Below are positions 26,368 through 37,073 of a DNA stretch of 64,000 nucleotides, piece after piece (position 1 is the first letter of the stretch; every line of letters starts with the position of its first letter). The stretch covers positions 224,001-288,000 of the forward strand of contig CAVSQW010000008.1 of NCBI GenBank assembly GCA_963730185.1. The letters are read 5' to 3'. The translations under genes were made by a program, and so were the position numbers. This DNA comes from an uncultured Gemmatimonadales bacterium. GTDB taxonomy: Bacteria > Gemmatimonadota > Gemmatimonadetes > Gemmatimonadales > GWC2-71-9. Below the pieces are notes generated by a model that did not search any database, was not told where the DNA came from, and saw only the letters and a list, made by a program, of their open reading frames with translations.

Positions 26368-27858
26368 TCAGACGCTCCATCCCGCGCGGTAGTCGCGGGT
26401 CAGATATCGGTTGGCTTCGGGAACATTGGTGATCCGCATGGCGGGCCCGTCGTAGAGCAGCTTGACGCCCTGGCCGGCGCGGAGTGCCACGATGCCGAGC
26501 AGCATCACCTCGGTGAGCCGCGCGGCGTACGAGAAGGGCGAGGTCGGGGCCCCCTGGCTCCGGCAGGCGTTGGCCCAGTTCAGCTCGTGCGAGGTAGCGA
26601 TCCGCGGCATGGTCTTGGGCACCGCGCGGGTGGCGTCCATCAAGCGCTCCGGATACACGCGGGGGTTGGCCCCGTACGTCTCGTGGATCAGCACCCCGTC
26701 GTCGCCGACGAAGAGGACCCCCCCCTCGCGGCTCATCGCGACCCCGTCGGGCAACGCCGCCGGCCTCTGAGGCATCAAACCTCCATCGTACCAGGTCAGG
26801 CTGACCGGTGGAGCGGAGCCTCGGGCGGGAAACTCGTAGTGCGCCGTCATGGCGAGCGGGTAGGAAACCGGATCATGCTCGGTGCCGCCCCACGGCGTGG
26901 AGGTCGCCTCGACGCTGACCGGGAGGCCCAGGTCCAAAGCCCAGAACGGGTGGTCGACCAAGTGGGCGCCCATGTCGCCCAGGGCGCTCACGCCGAAGTC
27001 CAGCCACCCGCGCCACCGGAAGGGGTGGTAGATCGGGTGGTAGGCGATGTCCGTCGGTACCGGCCCGAGGTAGAGCGGCCAATTGAGCGTCGACGGGATC
27101 GGGAAGTCCCCGGCGAGCGCGCCGCCGACGATGGCGTTCATGGCCCATTGGCCCCACCAGTCCAGCTTGTCGATGCCGGGGAAGTCGGCGGGCGCGGGCG
27201 CGGGGCGGGGAATGCCCTGGGGCCAGATCGGCCGGTTGGTCCAGACGTGAACCTCCCGCACCGGGCCGATCACGCCGGCGGCGATCCACTCGTTGATGAG
27301 CCGGGCATCGTCGCTCGAGTGCCCTTGGTTGCCCATCTGGGTCACCACGCCGGTTCGCTGCGCGGTGTCGGCCAGGACCCGAGCCTCGTGGACCGAATGG
27401 GTCAAGGGCTTCTGGCAGTAGACGTGCTTGCCGGCCTCCATCGCCGCCTTGGCGATCACGGCATGGAGGTGGTCCGGGGTGGCGATCAGGACGGCGTCGA
27501 GATCTCGCTGCCGGGCGAACAGCTCCCGGAAATCGGCGTAGCGGGTGGCCCGCCGGTAGGCGTCGCCGAGCGCCGCGGCGTTGGGGCCGGGCTTGCCGTT
27601 GGCGGGCTTGAGTTGGGAGGCCAGCGAGCGGTCGACGTAGCCGAAGTCGACGTCACAGAGGGCCACGATGTTCTCGCTCAGCAGCTGCTCGGCGTTGTGC
27701 ATCCCCATCCCGCCGGCACCGATGATCGCCACGTTGAGGCGGTCGCTCGGGGCGCGGTAGCCGCGGCCGAGGACGTGGCGGGGGACGATCAGGGCACCGG
27801 CGGCGAGACGGGAGACGTCGGACACGAATTCACGGCGGCTACGCGGTCGGGCGGCCAT
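26368..27858 (-). CDS. Tat-exported Gfo/Idh/MocA oxidoreductase
   Basis: SRREF twin-arginine motif; IGAGGMG; ATPDHLH; YCQKPL; QMGNQ; GDMGAH. Confidence 0.92.
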   Translation of the reverse strand: MAARPRSRREFVSDVSRLAAGALIVPRHVLGRGYRAPSDRLNVAIIGAGGMGMHNAEQLLSENIVALCDVDFGYVDRSLASQLKPANGKPGPNAAALGDAYRRATRYADFRELFARQRDLDAVLIATPDHLHAVIAKAAMEAGKHVYCQKPLTHSVHEARVLADTAQRTGVVTQMGNQGHSSDDARLINEWIAAGVIGPVREVHVWTNRPIWPQGIPRPAPAPADFPGIDKLDWWGQWAMNAIVGGALAGDFPIPSTLNWPLYLGPVPTDIAYHPIYHPFRWRGWLDFGVSALGDMGAHLVDHPFWALDLGLPVSVEATSTPWGGTEHDPVSYPLAMTAHYEFPARGSAPPVSLTWYDGGLMPQRPAALPDGVAMSREGGVLFVGDDGVLIHETYGANPRVYPERLMDATRAVPKTMPRIATSHELNWANACRSQGAPTSPFSYAARLTEVMLLGIVALRAGQGVKLLYDGPAMRITNVPEANRYLTRDYRAGWSV

Positions 27859-27887
27859 GGTTAAGATCCGGGCAAAAGGAGAGATGG

Positions 27888-29090
27888 ATGAATATATCGC
27901 GTTCGGCGGTCGTGCCTTTGATCGCGGCCGCGCTCGCCGGGCCGGTCCGGGGCCAGGCACCCGCCCCCCGGACCAGGGTGGTCATTCTGGGGGTGTCGCA
28001 CTCGGCCCAGCTGGTGGCAGAGTCGTACCAGCCGGCCGTGTTCCGGGCCTTCTTCGACCGGCTCCGCCCGGACGGCGTGACGGTGGAGCGCCCGCCCGAG
28101 CAATTCGCCCGCGGCGACCAGTACGAGTTCACCTATGAAATCCAATCGATCGTGCTGCCCTATGCCCGGGCGCATCACCTCCCGGTCTTTCCGGTGGACT
28201 GGATGCCGCCCCTCGACGATCAGCTCCTGGGTTGGGGGATCGATCTCGACCGCCCGCCGGTGACCCGGCCGCGGTCGGGCTTCCAGGGGTTTCTGGTCTT
28301 TTCCGATAGCGGCACCCGCCATCTCGACCTCTTCTTCGCCGACGGCGAGGCGGATCGGGCTCGGAACCGGGCCTGGTACCAGCAAGCGGCGCCGCCGGCG
28401 CCGCGCGACCTGGCCCGCCGGCTGTTCCTCTATCGGACCTTCATGCAGGCCCGGCGGATCCAGCACGCCGCCCGCCGCCTGGGCGGGGGAACCCTGCTGG
28501 TGGTGATCGGGTCGATGCACAAGGACGAGCTGGAGCGGATCCTCGCGGCCGACTCGACCCTTGCGATCGTCCAGCCCTCCAGCATCGGCGCTCCGGATTC
28601 GGCGGCGGTGGGTGCCCGGACGACCGCCGCCGATCGCCTCGCGATCGCCACCTTCAACCTGCTCGGGCTTCAGAGCACGGATGGCGGCTTCGATCGCGCC
28701 TGGCTCGCCCGGGTGATGGCGTCGATCGAGGCCGGCCCGTCCACGCCCGAGACCCGGCTCCTCGAGACCCGCTGGGAGCGACTGGAAAACCGGATCTCCC
28801 CGATCGAGGCGGCGCTTCGATACGCGGCGATCGGCCGGGAGGCTCCCGAGCGCCTTCGCTTCACGTGGGACGGCGTGAAGGACCGGAACCGGATCGACTC
28901 CTACGTCGATCCCTTCGGCAATCTGGACGTCGCCCGGCGGGCTTGGCTCGAGGCGGCTCGGGAGTATCTGGCGGCCGGTCGCTCGGCCGACGCGGCCAGC
29001 TGCCGCCGCCGAGTCGAGGAAGGCCTGCCGGCCGGCCAGCTTGCCCAACTCGAGGCCTACTGGCGGGAGTACCTGACGCCCGGCCGCTGA
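27888..29090 (+). CDS. Exported hypothetical protein, possibly TraB/Tiki/EreA/ChaN-like fold
   Basis: Signal peptide; [27 protein letters not shown] motifs in the spacing typical of that superfamily. Confidence 0.6.
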   Translation: MNISRSAVVPLIAAALAGPVRGQAPAPRTRVVILGVSHSAQLVAESYQPAVFRAFFDRLRPDGVTVERPPEQFARGDQYEFTYEIQSIVLPYARAHHLPVFPVDWMPPLDDQLLGWGIDLDRPPVTRPRSGFQGFLVFSDSGTRHLDLFFADGEADRARNRAWYQQAAPPAPRDLARRLFLYRTFMQARRIQHAARRLGGGTLLVVIGSMHKDELERILAADSTLAIVQPSSIGAPDSAAVGARTTAADRLAIATFNLLGLQSTDGGFDRAWLARVMASIEAGPSTPETRLLETRWERLENRISPIEAALRYAAIGREAPERLRFTWDGVKDRNRIDSYVDPFGNLDVARRAWLEAAREYLAAGRSADAASCRRRVEEGLPAGQLAQLEAYWREYLTPGR

Positions 29091-29171
29091 GCCGGGACCC
29101 GAGGCGCGTAGCCGTCGGGCTCGCGACCGGCTAGGTTGGTGGACTCCCGACCCGGCCCAACGCCTCGATCA

Positions 29172-30413
29172 ATGGCATCCAAGCGCGAACCCGCCCTTGG
29201 CTTCATCCTGGTGACGTTGCTGATCGACGTCATCGGCCTGGGCATCATCATCCCCGTCATGCCCAAGCTCATCACCCATCTGACCGGTGGAACGATGAGC
29301 GACGCCGCGCGATGGGGCGGGTGGATGACGTTCTCCTACGCGGCGATGCAGTTCGCCTGCGCCCCGATCGTTGGCGGGCTGAGCGACCGGTTCGGGCGGC
29401 GCCCGATCGTGCTCGCGTCGCTCTTCGGGTTCGGGCTCGACTACGTATTCATGGCGGTTGCCCCGACGATCTGGTGGCTCTTCCTGAGCCGGGTGATCGC
29501 CGGGGTCATGGGTGCCAGCTTCACCACCGGGGCGGCCTACATCGCCGACGTCTCGCCACCGGAGCGGCGGGCCCAGAACTTCGGCCTGATCGGCGCGGCG
29601 TTCGGAGTGGGCTTCATTCTTGGCCCGCTGATCGGCGGCGTGCTCGGGGCGTACGGGGCCCGGGTGCCCTTCATCGCGGCGGCGGTGCTGACCCTGGTCA
29701 ACTGGCTCTACGGCTACTTCGTGCTGCCCGAGTCGCTCAAGCCCGAGCACCGGCGTCCGTTCGAGTGGCGCCGCGCCAATCCGATCGGGGCCTTGGGGAC
29801 GATCCGGCGGCATCCGGTCATCCTCGGGATGGTCTGGTCGCTCGTCCTCCTCCAGATCGCGGCGCATGCCGTCCAGAGCAACTGGTCGTACTACACCATG
29901 GAGAAGTTCCTGTGGGACGAGCGGATGGTTGGCGTTTCGCTGGCGGTGATCGGGCTCGTCGCCGGGGTGGTGCAGGGCGGGCTGGTGCGCGCTATCATTC
30001 CCTGGCTGGGCCAGGCGCGGACGGTCTACGTGGGGCTGGGTCTCTACAGCCTGGGGCAGCTCCTCTTTGCCGTCGCCACCAAGACCTGGATGGTGTTCGC
30101 GATCACGATCGTCTACTGCCTGGGCGGGATCGCGGGTCCGGCGCTCCAGGGGATCATCTCCACCCAGGTGCCACCCAACGAGCAGGGGGAGCTGCAAGGG
30201 GCGCTGACCAGTCTGATCAGTCTCACGTCCATCGTCGGACCGCCGCTCATGACCAACACCTTCGCCTGGTTCACCGGACCGCGGGCGCCAATCTATTTCC
30301 CCGGCGCCGCGCTTCTCCTCGGTGGGATTCTCACCTCGATCAGCGCGTTCATGGCGCGGAGCAGCCTGAAGCGGACCGTGCCCCCCGCGCTGGCGCCGGT
30401 CGGGCCCGCATGA
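29172..30413 (+). CDS. MFS transporter, TCR/Tet (TetA-like) family
   Basis: [13 protein letters not shown]; motif [40 protein letters not shown]; 12 TM helices. Confidence 0.93.
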   Translation: MASKREPALGFILVTLLIDVIGLGIIIPVMPKLITHLTGGTMSDAARWGGWMTFSYAAMQFACAPIVGGLSDRFGRRPIVLASLFGFGLDYVFMAVAPTIWWLFLSRVIAGVMGASFTTGAAYIADVSPPERRAQNFGLIGAAFGVGFILGPLIGGVLGAYGARVPFIAAAVLTLVNWLYGYFVLPESLKPEHRRPFEWRRANPIGALGTIRRHPVILGMVWSLVLLQIAAHAVQSNWSYYTMEKFLWDERMVGVSLAVIGLVAGVVQGGLVRAIIPWLGQARTVYVGLGLYSLGQLLFAVATKTWMVFAITIVYCLGGIAGPALQGIISTQVPPNEQGELQGALTSLISLTSIVGPPLMTNTFAWFTGPRAPIYFPGAALLLGGILTSISAFMARSSLKRTVPPALAPVGPA

Positions 30414-31819
30414 GCCGGCGCCCGTTCGACGCGCTCGCGGCCAGCCTCGCCCTGGTCAGCGCCGGGGCCGGACCGGTCGCGGCCCAGAGCCCGGCCGCTC
30501 GGGTCGATGCGATCGCCGCCCCGTACGCGGGCGCGCGCCCTGGTTTCGGCGTGTTGGTGGTGCGGCGCGACTCGGTGCTGCTCGAGCGGGGCTACGGGCT
30601 GGCCAACGTCCAGCGGTCCGAGCCCATCACGCCCCACACCCGCTTCCTGCTCGGCTCGGTCTCGAAGCAGTTCACCGCCATGGCGGTCATGATCCTGGCC
30701 GATCGCTCCGAGCTCGGCTACGACGACCCCATCGCCAAGTACCTGCCCGAGTTCACCGGCCGGGCCGGCCGGATCACCGTGCGGCAGCTGCTCCATCACC
30801 AGGGCGGCCTGCCCGAATACGAGCAGCTGTTCGTGGACCGGGGGCTTGTGGACCGGGATTGGCCCCGGTCGGTCACCACTCCGCCGAGCCGGTTCGAGCC
30901 CACCGCCCGCGACGCGCTGGCATTGCTGGCCGACACCGATTCCCTGGAGTTCGCGCCCGGCACCCGGTTCGCGTACAGCAACTCGGGCTACATGGTGCTC
31001 GCCCAGATCGTCGAGCGGGTCTCGGGTCAACGGTTCGCCGAGTTTCTCCACGACAACGTCTTCGAGCCGCTCGGGATGCGGGAGACGGTGCTCTACGACG
31101 AACGCCGCCCCTCGATTCCGAACCGGGCGTCGAGCTACACCCACGCCGACGGCACCTTCCGGGAGATCGACTACACGCCGTTCAACGCCATCTACGGCGA
31201 AGACAACGTCGTCACTCCGCTCCACGATCTGGTCCAGTGGATCCGGACGCTCGATCATCCGACCCTGGTCCGGCCGGCCACGCAGGCGCTGGCCTTCACC
31301 CCCGGCACCCTGGCCGACGGCGACTCCACCAGCTACGGCTTCGGGTGGTTCGTGGGCGCCGCGCTCGGGGAGCGGCTGATTCTCCACGGCGGCTCGTGGG
31401 TTGGCTTTCGAACGGCCATCGTCCGGTTTCCGGCGGAGACGCTCACCGTCGTGGTGCTCGCCAACGCGGGCGAGACCGATTCCGAGATCCTCGCCGTCCG
31501 AATCGGCCAGGCGTGGCTGGGCGACCGGGCCCCGCTGCCGGTCGCGCGGGCGGTGAGCTCGGCCGTGCTCCGGCGGGCGGAAGGCCGTTACGAGATCCGG
31601 CCCGGGCTGGTCGCGACCCTCGCGGTGTCGGGCGGCCGGCTGGTGTTGGATGCGCCCCGGCTCGGCACCGAGCCCCTCGGCTTCGATTCGGACTCCACCG
31701 CGTTCTTCGCGGGAGACGGCCTGGTGCGGGTGCTCTTCCATGGCGGCCCGGGGCCCTGGCGGGACCTCGAGATCGTTCGCCCGAGCGGCCGGTTCGCCGC
31801 CCGGCGCGTGGACCGGTAG
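30410..31819 (+). CDS. Exported serine hydrolase, beta-lactamase family
   Basis: SVSK, LLHHQGG, YSN, HGG; start overlaps the MFS stop (ATGA). Confidence 0.9.
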   Translation: MSRRPFDALAASLALVSAGAGPVAAQSPAARVDAIAAPYAGARPGFGVLVVRRDSVLLERGYGLANVQRSEPITPHTRFLLGSVSKQFTAMAVMILADRSELGYDDPIAKYLPEFTGRAGRITVRQLLHHQGGLPEYEQLFVDRGLVDRDWPRSVTTPPSRFEPTARDALALLADTDSLEFAPGTRFAYSNSGYMVLAQIVERVSGQRFAEFLHDNVFEPLGMRETVLYDERRPSIPNRASSYTHADGTFREIDYTPFNAIYGEDNVVTPLHDLVQWIRTLDHPTLVRPATQALAFTPGTLADGDSTSYGFGWFVGAALGERLILHGGSWVGFRTAIVRFPAETLTVVVLANAGETDSEILAVRIGQAWLGDRAPLPVARAVSSAVLRRAEGRYEIRPGLVATLAVSGGRLVLDAPRLGTEPLGFDSDSTAFFAGDGLVRVLFHGGPGPWRDLEIVRPSGRFAARRVDR

Positions 31820-31952
31820 CCCGTTCCGGCCTCTCCGGAGCGGCTTCGAGCCGGGCCTTGGTGAACGCCCGCCGGCGCCTTGCCGCCGCGGCCCCCGGAC
31901 CCGATCTTCCCGCTGGCATTCCGCACCCAACTCCGCCGTTGGAGCTACCCAT

Positions 31953-33287
31953 ATGTCGAGACCGCTCGCCTCGGTGCTGCTGGCGACCGCCGCGCTGGCC
32001 CTGGCTCCGGGGTCCGCCTGGGCCCAGACCCCGATCGATTCCGCGCTCTACCACTACATTCGCGAGATCCGGGCCGTCGACAACCACACTCACGCCGGAC
32101 TGCCGGTGCCCCCGAGCCAGCCGGCCGATAGCGACTACGATGCCCTCCCGGTCGGGAACCTCCCGCCCTATTCGTTTCCGGTGCGGCTGACGCCGGACAA
32201 TCCGGCGTTCGTGACCGCTTGGCAAGAGCTCTTCGGCTACCCGTACACCGACCGGTCGGAGCCGCACGTGGAGGAGTTGCTCCGGCTCAAGGCCCAGGCG
32301 CGGAGCGAGCACGGCGTGGGTTACGCGGCCTGGGTGCTCGATCAGCTCCACGTCGGCGTCGCGCTCGCCAACCGACTGTCGGTCGGCCCGGGACTCGAGC
32401 CGCCGCGGTTCCGGTGGGTGCCGTTCGCCGACCCCTTGCTCTTTCCGTTCGATCCGTCGGCTCTGGCGCGGGTCACCCCCGATCGAGAAGACCTGGTGCC
32501 CCGCGAGCTGCGGCACAATCGCCGCTATCTGGCTGCTCGGGGGCTTCGGGCGCCGCCGGCCACGCTGGCCACCTATCTGGACCGGGTCGTGACTCCGACC
32601 CTGGACGCGTGGCGCCGGGATGGCGCCGTTGCGATCAAGTATGAAATCGCCTATCTCCGGCCGATCGCGTTCGCCGACGTGCCCGAGGCGAGGGCCGCCG
32701 CGATCTACGCCCGCTCGGTCGGCGGCGGCGTGCCCTCGCTCGCCGACTACACCGCGCTCCAGGACTTTCTCTTTCGGCGGATCGCGCTCGAAGCCGGGCG
32801 TCGTCATCTCGTGGTTCAGATCCACGCCTTCGACGGGGCCGGCGGGTACTTCGTAGCGGCGGGCGCCGATCCATTCCTGTTGGAGCCGGTCCTCAACGAT
32901 CCCGGGCTCCGGGGCACCAATTTTCTCCTGGTTCACGGCGGTTGGCCCTATCCCCGCCATACCCTGTCGCTCTTCGGCAAGCCCAACTTCTACGCCGATT
33001 TCTCGTTTCTGGGCAACGTGAGCTCGCCGGCGATCCTCGCGAGCGTCCTCCGTGAATGGCTCACCTTTTTTCCCGACAAGGTGCTCTACGGCTCGGACGC
33101 CTATCCGGACACGCCGACGGAGGGCTGGGAGGAATGGGGCTGGCTCGGCTCGACCATGGGGCGCAAGGGGCTGGCGATGGCCCTGACGGGGATGCTCCGG
33201 GACGGCGAGATCGATCGCGCCGAAGCCGAGCGGCTGGCGAGGATGGTGATGCGGGAGAATGCCGAACGGCTCTACGGACTCCAATGA
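31953..33287 (+). CDS. Exported amidohydrolase-family metalloprotein
   Basis: Signal peptide; DNHTH, QIH, LVHGGWP, YGSDA. Confidence 0.85.
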   Translation: MSRPLASVLLATAALALAPGSAWAQTPIDSALYHYIREIRAVDNHTHAGLPVPPSQPADSDYDALPVGNLPPYSFPVRLTPDNPAFVTAWQELFGYPYTDRSEPHVEELLRLKAQARSEHGVGYAAWVLDQLHVGVALANRLSVGPGLEPPRFRWVPFADPLLFPFDPSALARVTPDREDLVPRELRHNRRYLAARGLRAPPATLATYLDRVVTPTLDAWRRDGAVAIKYEIAYLRPIAFADVPEARAAAIYARSVGGGVPSLADYTALQDFLFRRIALEAGRRHLVVQIHAFDGAGGYFVAAGADPFLLEPVLNDPGLRGTNFLLVHGGWPYPRHTLSLFGKPNFYADFSFLGNVSSPAILASVLREWLTFFPDKVLYGSDAYPDTPTEGWEEWGWLGSTMGRKGLAMALTGMLRDGEIDRAEAERLARMVMRENAERLYGLQ

Positions 33288-33964
33288 CCGCCGTGACCCG
33301 CCTGCCCGACCGGATCCTCTTCGTGGCCCTGACCCTGGCAATCGGGGCTGCCTGCGCCCGGTCCAACCCGCTGCTCGCGCCCCGACCCGACGACCTGGCT
33401 CGGGTGGCGCCGGACAGTTTCGACGTCCGATTCGAGACCAGCCGCGGCTCGATCCTTGTCCGGGCCCACCGGGCCTGGTCACCCTTGGGCGTCGATCGAT
33501 TCTACTTCCTGGCCCGGCACCGCTACTACGACCAGGCCCGGTTCTTTCGGGTAGTGGGCGGGTTCGTGGCCCAATTCGGGCTCTCGGGCGATTCCGCCGT
33601 GAACGCGGCGTGGGAAGGGAAGAGTATTCCGGACGAACCGGTCCGGGTCTCGAACACGCGGGGCCGGGTTGCCTATGCCCGCGGGGGGCCCGACACCCGC
33701 TCGGTCCAGCTCTACCTCAACCTGGTGGACAACGTCCGGCTCGACACCACCACGACGTTCGGCTTCCCGCCGATCGGCGAGGTGGTGTCCGGCATGGCCG
33801 CGGCCGATTCGCTCACCTTCGAGTACGGGGGCACCCGGACCGACCGGAAGCCGGGGCCGTCCCAGGATTCGATCCGGGTGCGGGGGAACGCCTATCTCGC
33901 CCGGTCGTTCCCCCATCTCGACTACATTCGGACCGCTCGCGTGGTCCGGGAGTGGCGGCGCTAG
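33284..33964 (+). CDS. Cyclophilin-type peptidyl-prolyl isomerase, lipoprotein
   Basis: Lipobox GAA-C; FFRVV.GFVAQFG; SNTRG; ATGA overlap with the upstream gene. Confidence 0.88.
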   Translation: MTAVTRLPDRILFVALTLAIGAACARSNPLLAPRPDDLARVAPDSFDVRFETSRGSILVRAHRAWSPLGVDRFYFLARHRYYDQARFFRVVGGFVAQFGLSGDSAVNAAWEGKSIPDEPVRVSNTRGRVAYARGGPDTRSVQLYLNLVDNVRLDTTTTFGFPPIGEVVSGMAAADSLTFEYGGTRTDRKPGPSQDSIRVRGNAYLARSFPHLDYIRTARVVREWRR

Positions 33965-33965
33965 C

Positions 33966-35525
33966 CTACTTCGCCCCGCTTCCTTCGCGCTCGAACACGA
34001 TTGGGTCGACGGCCGGCTCGAGCGGCAAGGCGACCGTCACGACGTCGCCCTTCTGGTTCATCCCGAACTCAATTCGCCATCCGGCGCCCTGGGCCGGCTT
34101 GTTCTCGTCGGTCGGGACCTCGAACACGTCGTAGTTGAAATGCTGGAGCTGGAGGTCGAAGCTGTTGAACTTCACCGCCAGGGCCCCGTTCCGGACGCTC
34201 ACCGTCACCGACCCGTACGCGGGGTGCGTGTAGGTCCCGGTGTAGTCCGCCAGCGGGTGGCTCGGCTGGGTGCCTTCCTTTCTCTCCGACTGCCGCTTCG
34301 CGCGGGCCGAGTCGGCGCGGGCCCGGCCGTGCGCCTCGGCCGTCTTGTAACGGGCGTTCCAATCGATCGGCGAGAGACCGAGGAGCCGGTCGTAGATCAG
34401 ATACGGGATGAAGTCCCGGGTGGGCGTCCCGTTCATGTTGGTCAGCACCACCACTCCGAGCGAGTCGTGGGGCAGGAAGTTCACCTCGGCGGAAAATCCG
34501 TCGATGTTGCCGCCGTGGTGGACCACCTTGTGCCCCCGGTAGTTCCCGATGAAGAAGGCCAGCCCGTATTGCTGTGCCGCGACCTGGTACCACCCCTCCC
34601 GCTCGGCCGGGTCGCCCGAGATCACCATCTGCTGCTCGTGCATCTCGTCGGCTGCTGCGGCCGGGATGATCTGCTTCCCGTCGAACTTCCCTCGGTTGAG
34701 GTGCATGGTGACGTACTTGATCATCTCCCGCGCGTTGGCGTCGATCGAGCCGGCGGGTCCGATCTGGTCGATGTTCCGGTACGGCATCAGGTAGACGGAG
34801 TCCGACCGGGTCTTGTTGTAGGGGCTCGCGTAGTCGGGGGAACGCTGGAGGTCGTCAACCGAGAAGTCGGCCGTGTTCATCCCGAGCGGCTGGAAGATCA
34901 GCTGGCGGACCGTCTCCTCCCACGAAGTGCCGTTCAGCTTGGCGGCCACGAGGCCGGCGGTCATGAACATCAGGTTGTTGTACTGCCAGTAGCTCCGGAA
35001 CTCGCGGCTGGGCTTGAGATAGCGAAGGCGGTCGAAGATCTGCTGGCGGGTCAGGGGCGACCCGTACCACATCAGGTCGTGCCTCGGCAACCCGGACCGG
35101 TGCGAGAGCATGTCGCGGAGGGTCATTTCCCGGGTCGCCACGTCGTCGTAGAGGCGAAAGTCCGGGAGCACGTCGCGCGTCTTGGTGTCCCAGGTGACCT
35201 TCTTCTGCCCGATCTCGGCCGCGAGCGCGGAGGTCGTGAACGACTTGGTCACCGAGCCGATCGCGAACTTGGTGTCCGGGGTGACCGGGGCCTTGGACTC
35301 CAGGTTTCGCACCCCGTAGCCCTTGAGCATGATGACCTGATCGCCTTTCACGATCCCGATCGCGATACCCGGCACCTTCCAGAGGGCCAGGGTCGAGTCC
35401 ATCAGCCGATCGAACGCCGGACCGAGCGGCTGGCCGGCGCGCTGGCGCTGGGCGAGAAGAGAAGAGGCCGGCGCGAGCAGGATCAGCCCGAGGGCCGCCA
35501 GCCGCCAGGAGCGGGAGAGACGCAT
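33966..35525 (-). CDS. Exported serine hydrolase with C-terminal DUF3471-like domain
   Basis: SVTK, SHRSGLP, YNN, HGGNIDG; YTGTYTHPAYG. Confidence 0.92.
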   Translation of the reverse strand: MRLSRSWRLAALGLILLAPASSLLAQRQRAGQPLGPAFDRLMDSTLALWKVPGIAIGIVKGDQVIMLKGYGVRNLESKAPVTPDTKFAIGSVTKSFTTSALAAEIGQKKVTWDTKTRDVLPDFRLYDDVATREMTLRDMLSHRSGLPRHDLMWYGSPLTRQQIFDRLRYLKPSREFRSYWQYNNLMFMTAGLVAAKLNGTSWEETVRQLIFQPLGMNTADFSVDDLQRSPDYASPYNKTRSDSVYLMPYRNIDQIGPAGSIDANAREMIKYVTMHLNRGKFDGKQIIPAAAADEMHEQQMVISGDPAEREGWYQVAAQQYGLAFFIGNYRGHKVVHHGGNIDGFSAEVNFLPHDSLGVVVLTNMNGTPTRDFIPYLIYDRLLGLSPIDWNARYKTAEAHGRARADSARAKRQSERKEGTQPSHPLADYTGTYTHPAYGSVTVSVRNGALAVKFNSFDLQLQHFNYDVFEVPTDENKPAQGAGWRIEFGMNQKGDVVTVALPLEPAVDPIVFEREGSGAK

Positions 35526-35578
35526 GGGAACTCCGGAGGTCGAAGCCAAAGAGGCCCGCCCGACGGGGACGGGACGCG

Positions 35579-35592
35579 TGTATACGAATATG
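35579..35592 (+). repeat. 14-bp AT-rich motif TGTATACGAATATG, copy 2
   Basis: Identical to 17136-17149; lies in a divergent intergenic region. Confidence 0.8.
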
Positions 35593-35602
35593 GATGCAAA
35601 TT

Positions 35603-35651
35603 CCCCGGCGCACCACCCGGGGTGGGTCGAGCCCCCCCGGATGCGCCGGGG
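35603..35651. repeat. GC-rich inverted repeat (about 19-bp imperfect stem) in a divergent intergenic region
   Basis: ccccggcgca / tgcgccgggg outer arms plus ccgggg-t-ggg / ccc-ccccgg inner arms. Confidence 0.65.
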
Positions 35652-35816
35652 CGGGGACCGTGCCCGCCTCGGCCGAGCGATCGTAACCCGCACTGCCGGA
35701 TGGACTTCCAGGCCGCGTCCGTCTAGGATCCGAGGGTGGGCGTCCCGCGGCCCCGACCTGAAACGGTGGCCCGGGGGCGCCTCCGCCGTCGTGCTGTGTC
35801 TCACCGGGGGTCGCCC

Positions 35817-37073
35817 GTGCTCAACCGTCGTATCGTCATCCTGCTGAGCCTCGTCGCCGCGGGCGCCTGCCGCGAGCGGGCCGCTACGTCGCCGGTCCAA
35901 GCGTCGCACCTCGCGGTGGTCAGTCGTCGCGACGTGGTGGTGAGCGCGATCGCTGCCGGCGTGGTGGAGCCGGTCAAGACGATCGAGGTCAAGTCGAAGG
36001 CCTCCGGCGAAATCGTGGAGGTGAGCGTCGAGGAGGGCGATCGAGTCAGCAAGGGGGAGCTCCTGGTCCGGGTCGATCCCCGGATTCCCCGGAACGCCGT
36101 CGCGCAAGCCGAGGCCGACTCGCTGGTGGCGCGGGCGCAGCTGGACAACGCCGACGCGCAGCTGGAGCGGTCGACGGAGCTCCGGGCCTCCCAGGCCATC
36201 ACTCAGCTCGAGTTCGAGCAGGCCAGGCTGGCCCGCGCCACGGCGTACGCGGCGCTGATCCGGGCGCGGCGGGCCCTCGAGGACGCGAAGATCTCGTACG
36301 AGGACACCGAGGTGCGGGCCCCGTCCGACGGGGTGGTGCTGGGCCGGGCGGTCGAGGTGGGGTCGGTGATCACCTCGGCCAGCCGGGACGTGGGCGGCGG
36401 GGCGGTGCTGCTCCGGATGGCCGCGCTCGACACGGTGCAGGTGCGGGCCCTGGTGGATGAAACCGACATCGGCATGGTCCACCCCGGCCTGCCGGTCACC
36501 ATTCAGGTGTCGGCCTATCCCAACCGCCGGTTCGTGGGCGACGTGCTGCGGATCGGGGCCGAGGCGGTGGTCGACCAGAACGTCACCAACTTCCCGGTCT
36601 TGATCCGGATCGCCAATCGGGACGCCCTGCTCCGACCGGGGATGAACGCGGAGGTGGAGGTGCACATCGGCAACGTGCAGGATGCGCTGACGGTGCCCAA
36701 CGCCGCGCTCCGCCCCCGGAGCGACGTGCCGGCGGCGGCTCGGTTCCTGGGGCTCTCGCCCGACACCGTCGCCCGGGAGCTGGATGCCGCGAGCGGCGAG
36801 GAGGAAGGGCTGCCGGTGACCGGCGCCGACGGCGAGACGGGCTCCTCGGTGCTGGGCGGCGAGTACGTGGCCTTCGTGCGCGACAGCGGGCGCTACCGGG
36901 CCGTCCGGGTCCAGGCCGGACTCACCGACTTCGACTACACCGTGATCGAGTCCGGGCTGACGCAGGGAGACACGGTCGCGGTGCTGCCCACGACGGGCTT
37001 GATCGAGGAGCAGGAGCGCCGGGCCGACTGGATGCGGCGCCGGGCCGGTGGTCCGCTGTCGGGAGGTGACTGA
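35817..37073 (+). CDS. Efflux periplasmic adaptor (MacA-like membrane fusion protein)
   Basis: EVKSKASGEI..V.EGDRV.KG; helical hairpin; VRAPSDGVV; VDETDIG; LRPGMNA. Confidence 0.92.
   Translation: MLNRRIVILLSLVAAGACRERAATSPVQASHLAVVSRRDVVVSAIAAGVVEPVKTIEVKSKASGEIVEVSVEEGDRVSKGELLVRVDPRIPRNAVAQAEADSLVARAQLDNADAQLERSTELRASQAITQLEFEQARLARATAYAALIRARRALEDAKISYEDTEVRAPSDGVVLGRAVEVGSVITSASRDVGGGAVLLRMAALDTVQVRALVDETDIGMVHPGLPVTIQVSAYPNRRFVGDVLRIGAEAVVDQNVTNFPVLIRIANRDALLRPGMNAEVEVHIGNVQDALTVPNAALRPRSDVPAAARFLGLSPDTVARELDAASGEEEGLPVTGADGETGSSVLGGEYVAFVRDSGRYRAVRVQAGLTDFDYTVIESGLTQGDTVAVLPTTGLIEEQERRADWMRRRAGGPLSGGD

Noticed and set aside
35702..35725. GGAC...CGTCTA as another ECF promoter before the MacA-like gene
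   Set aside because: Spacer is 14 nt and the -35 element is divergent; too weak
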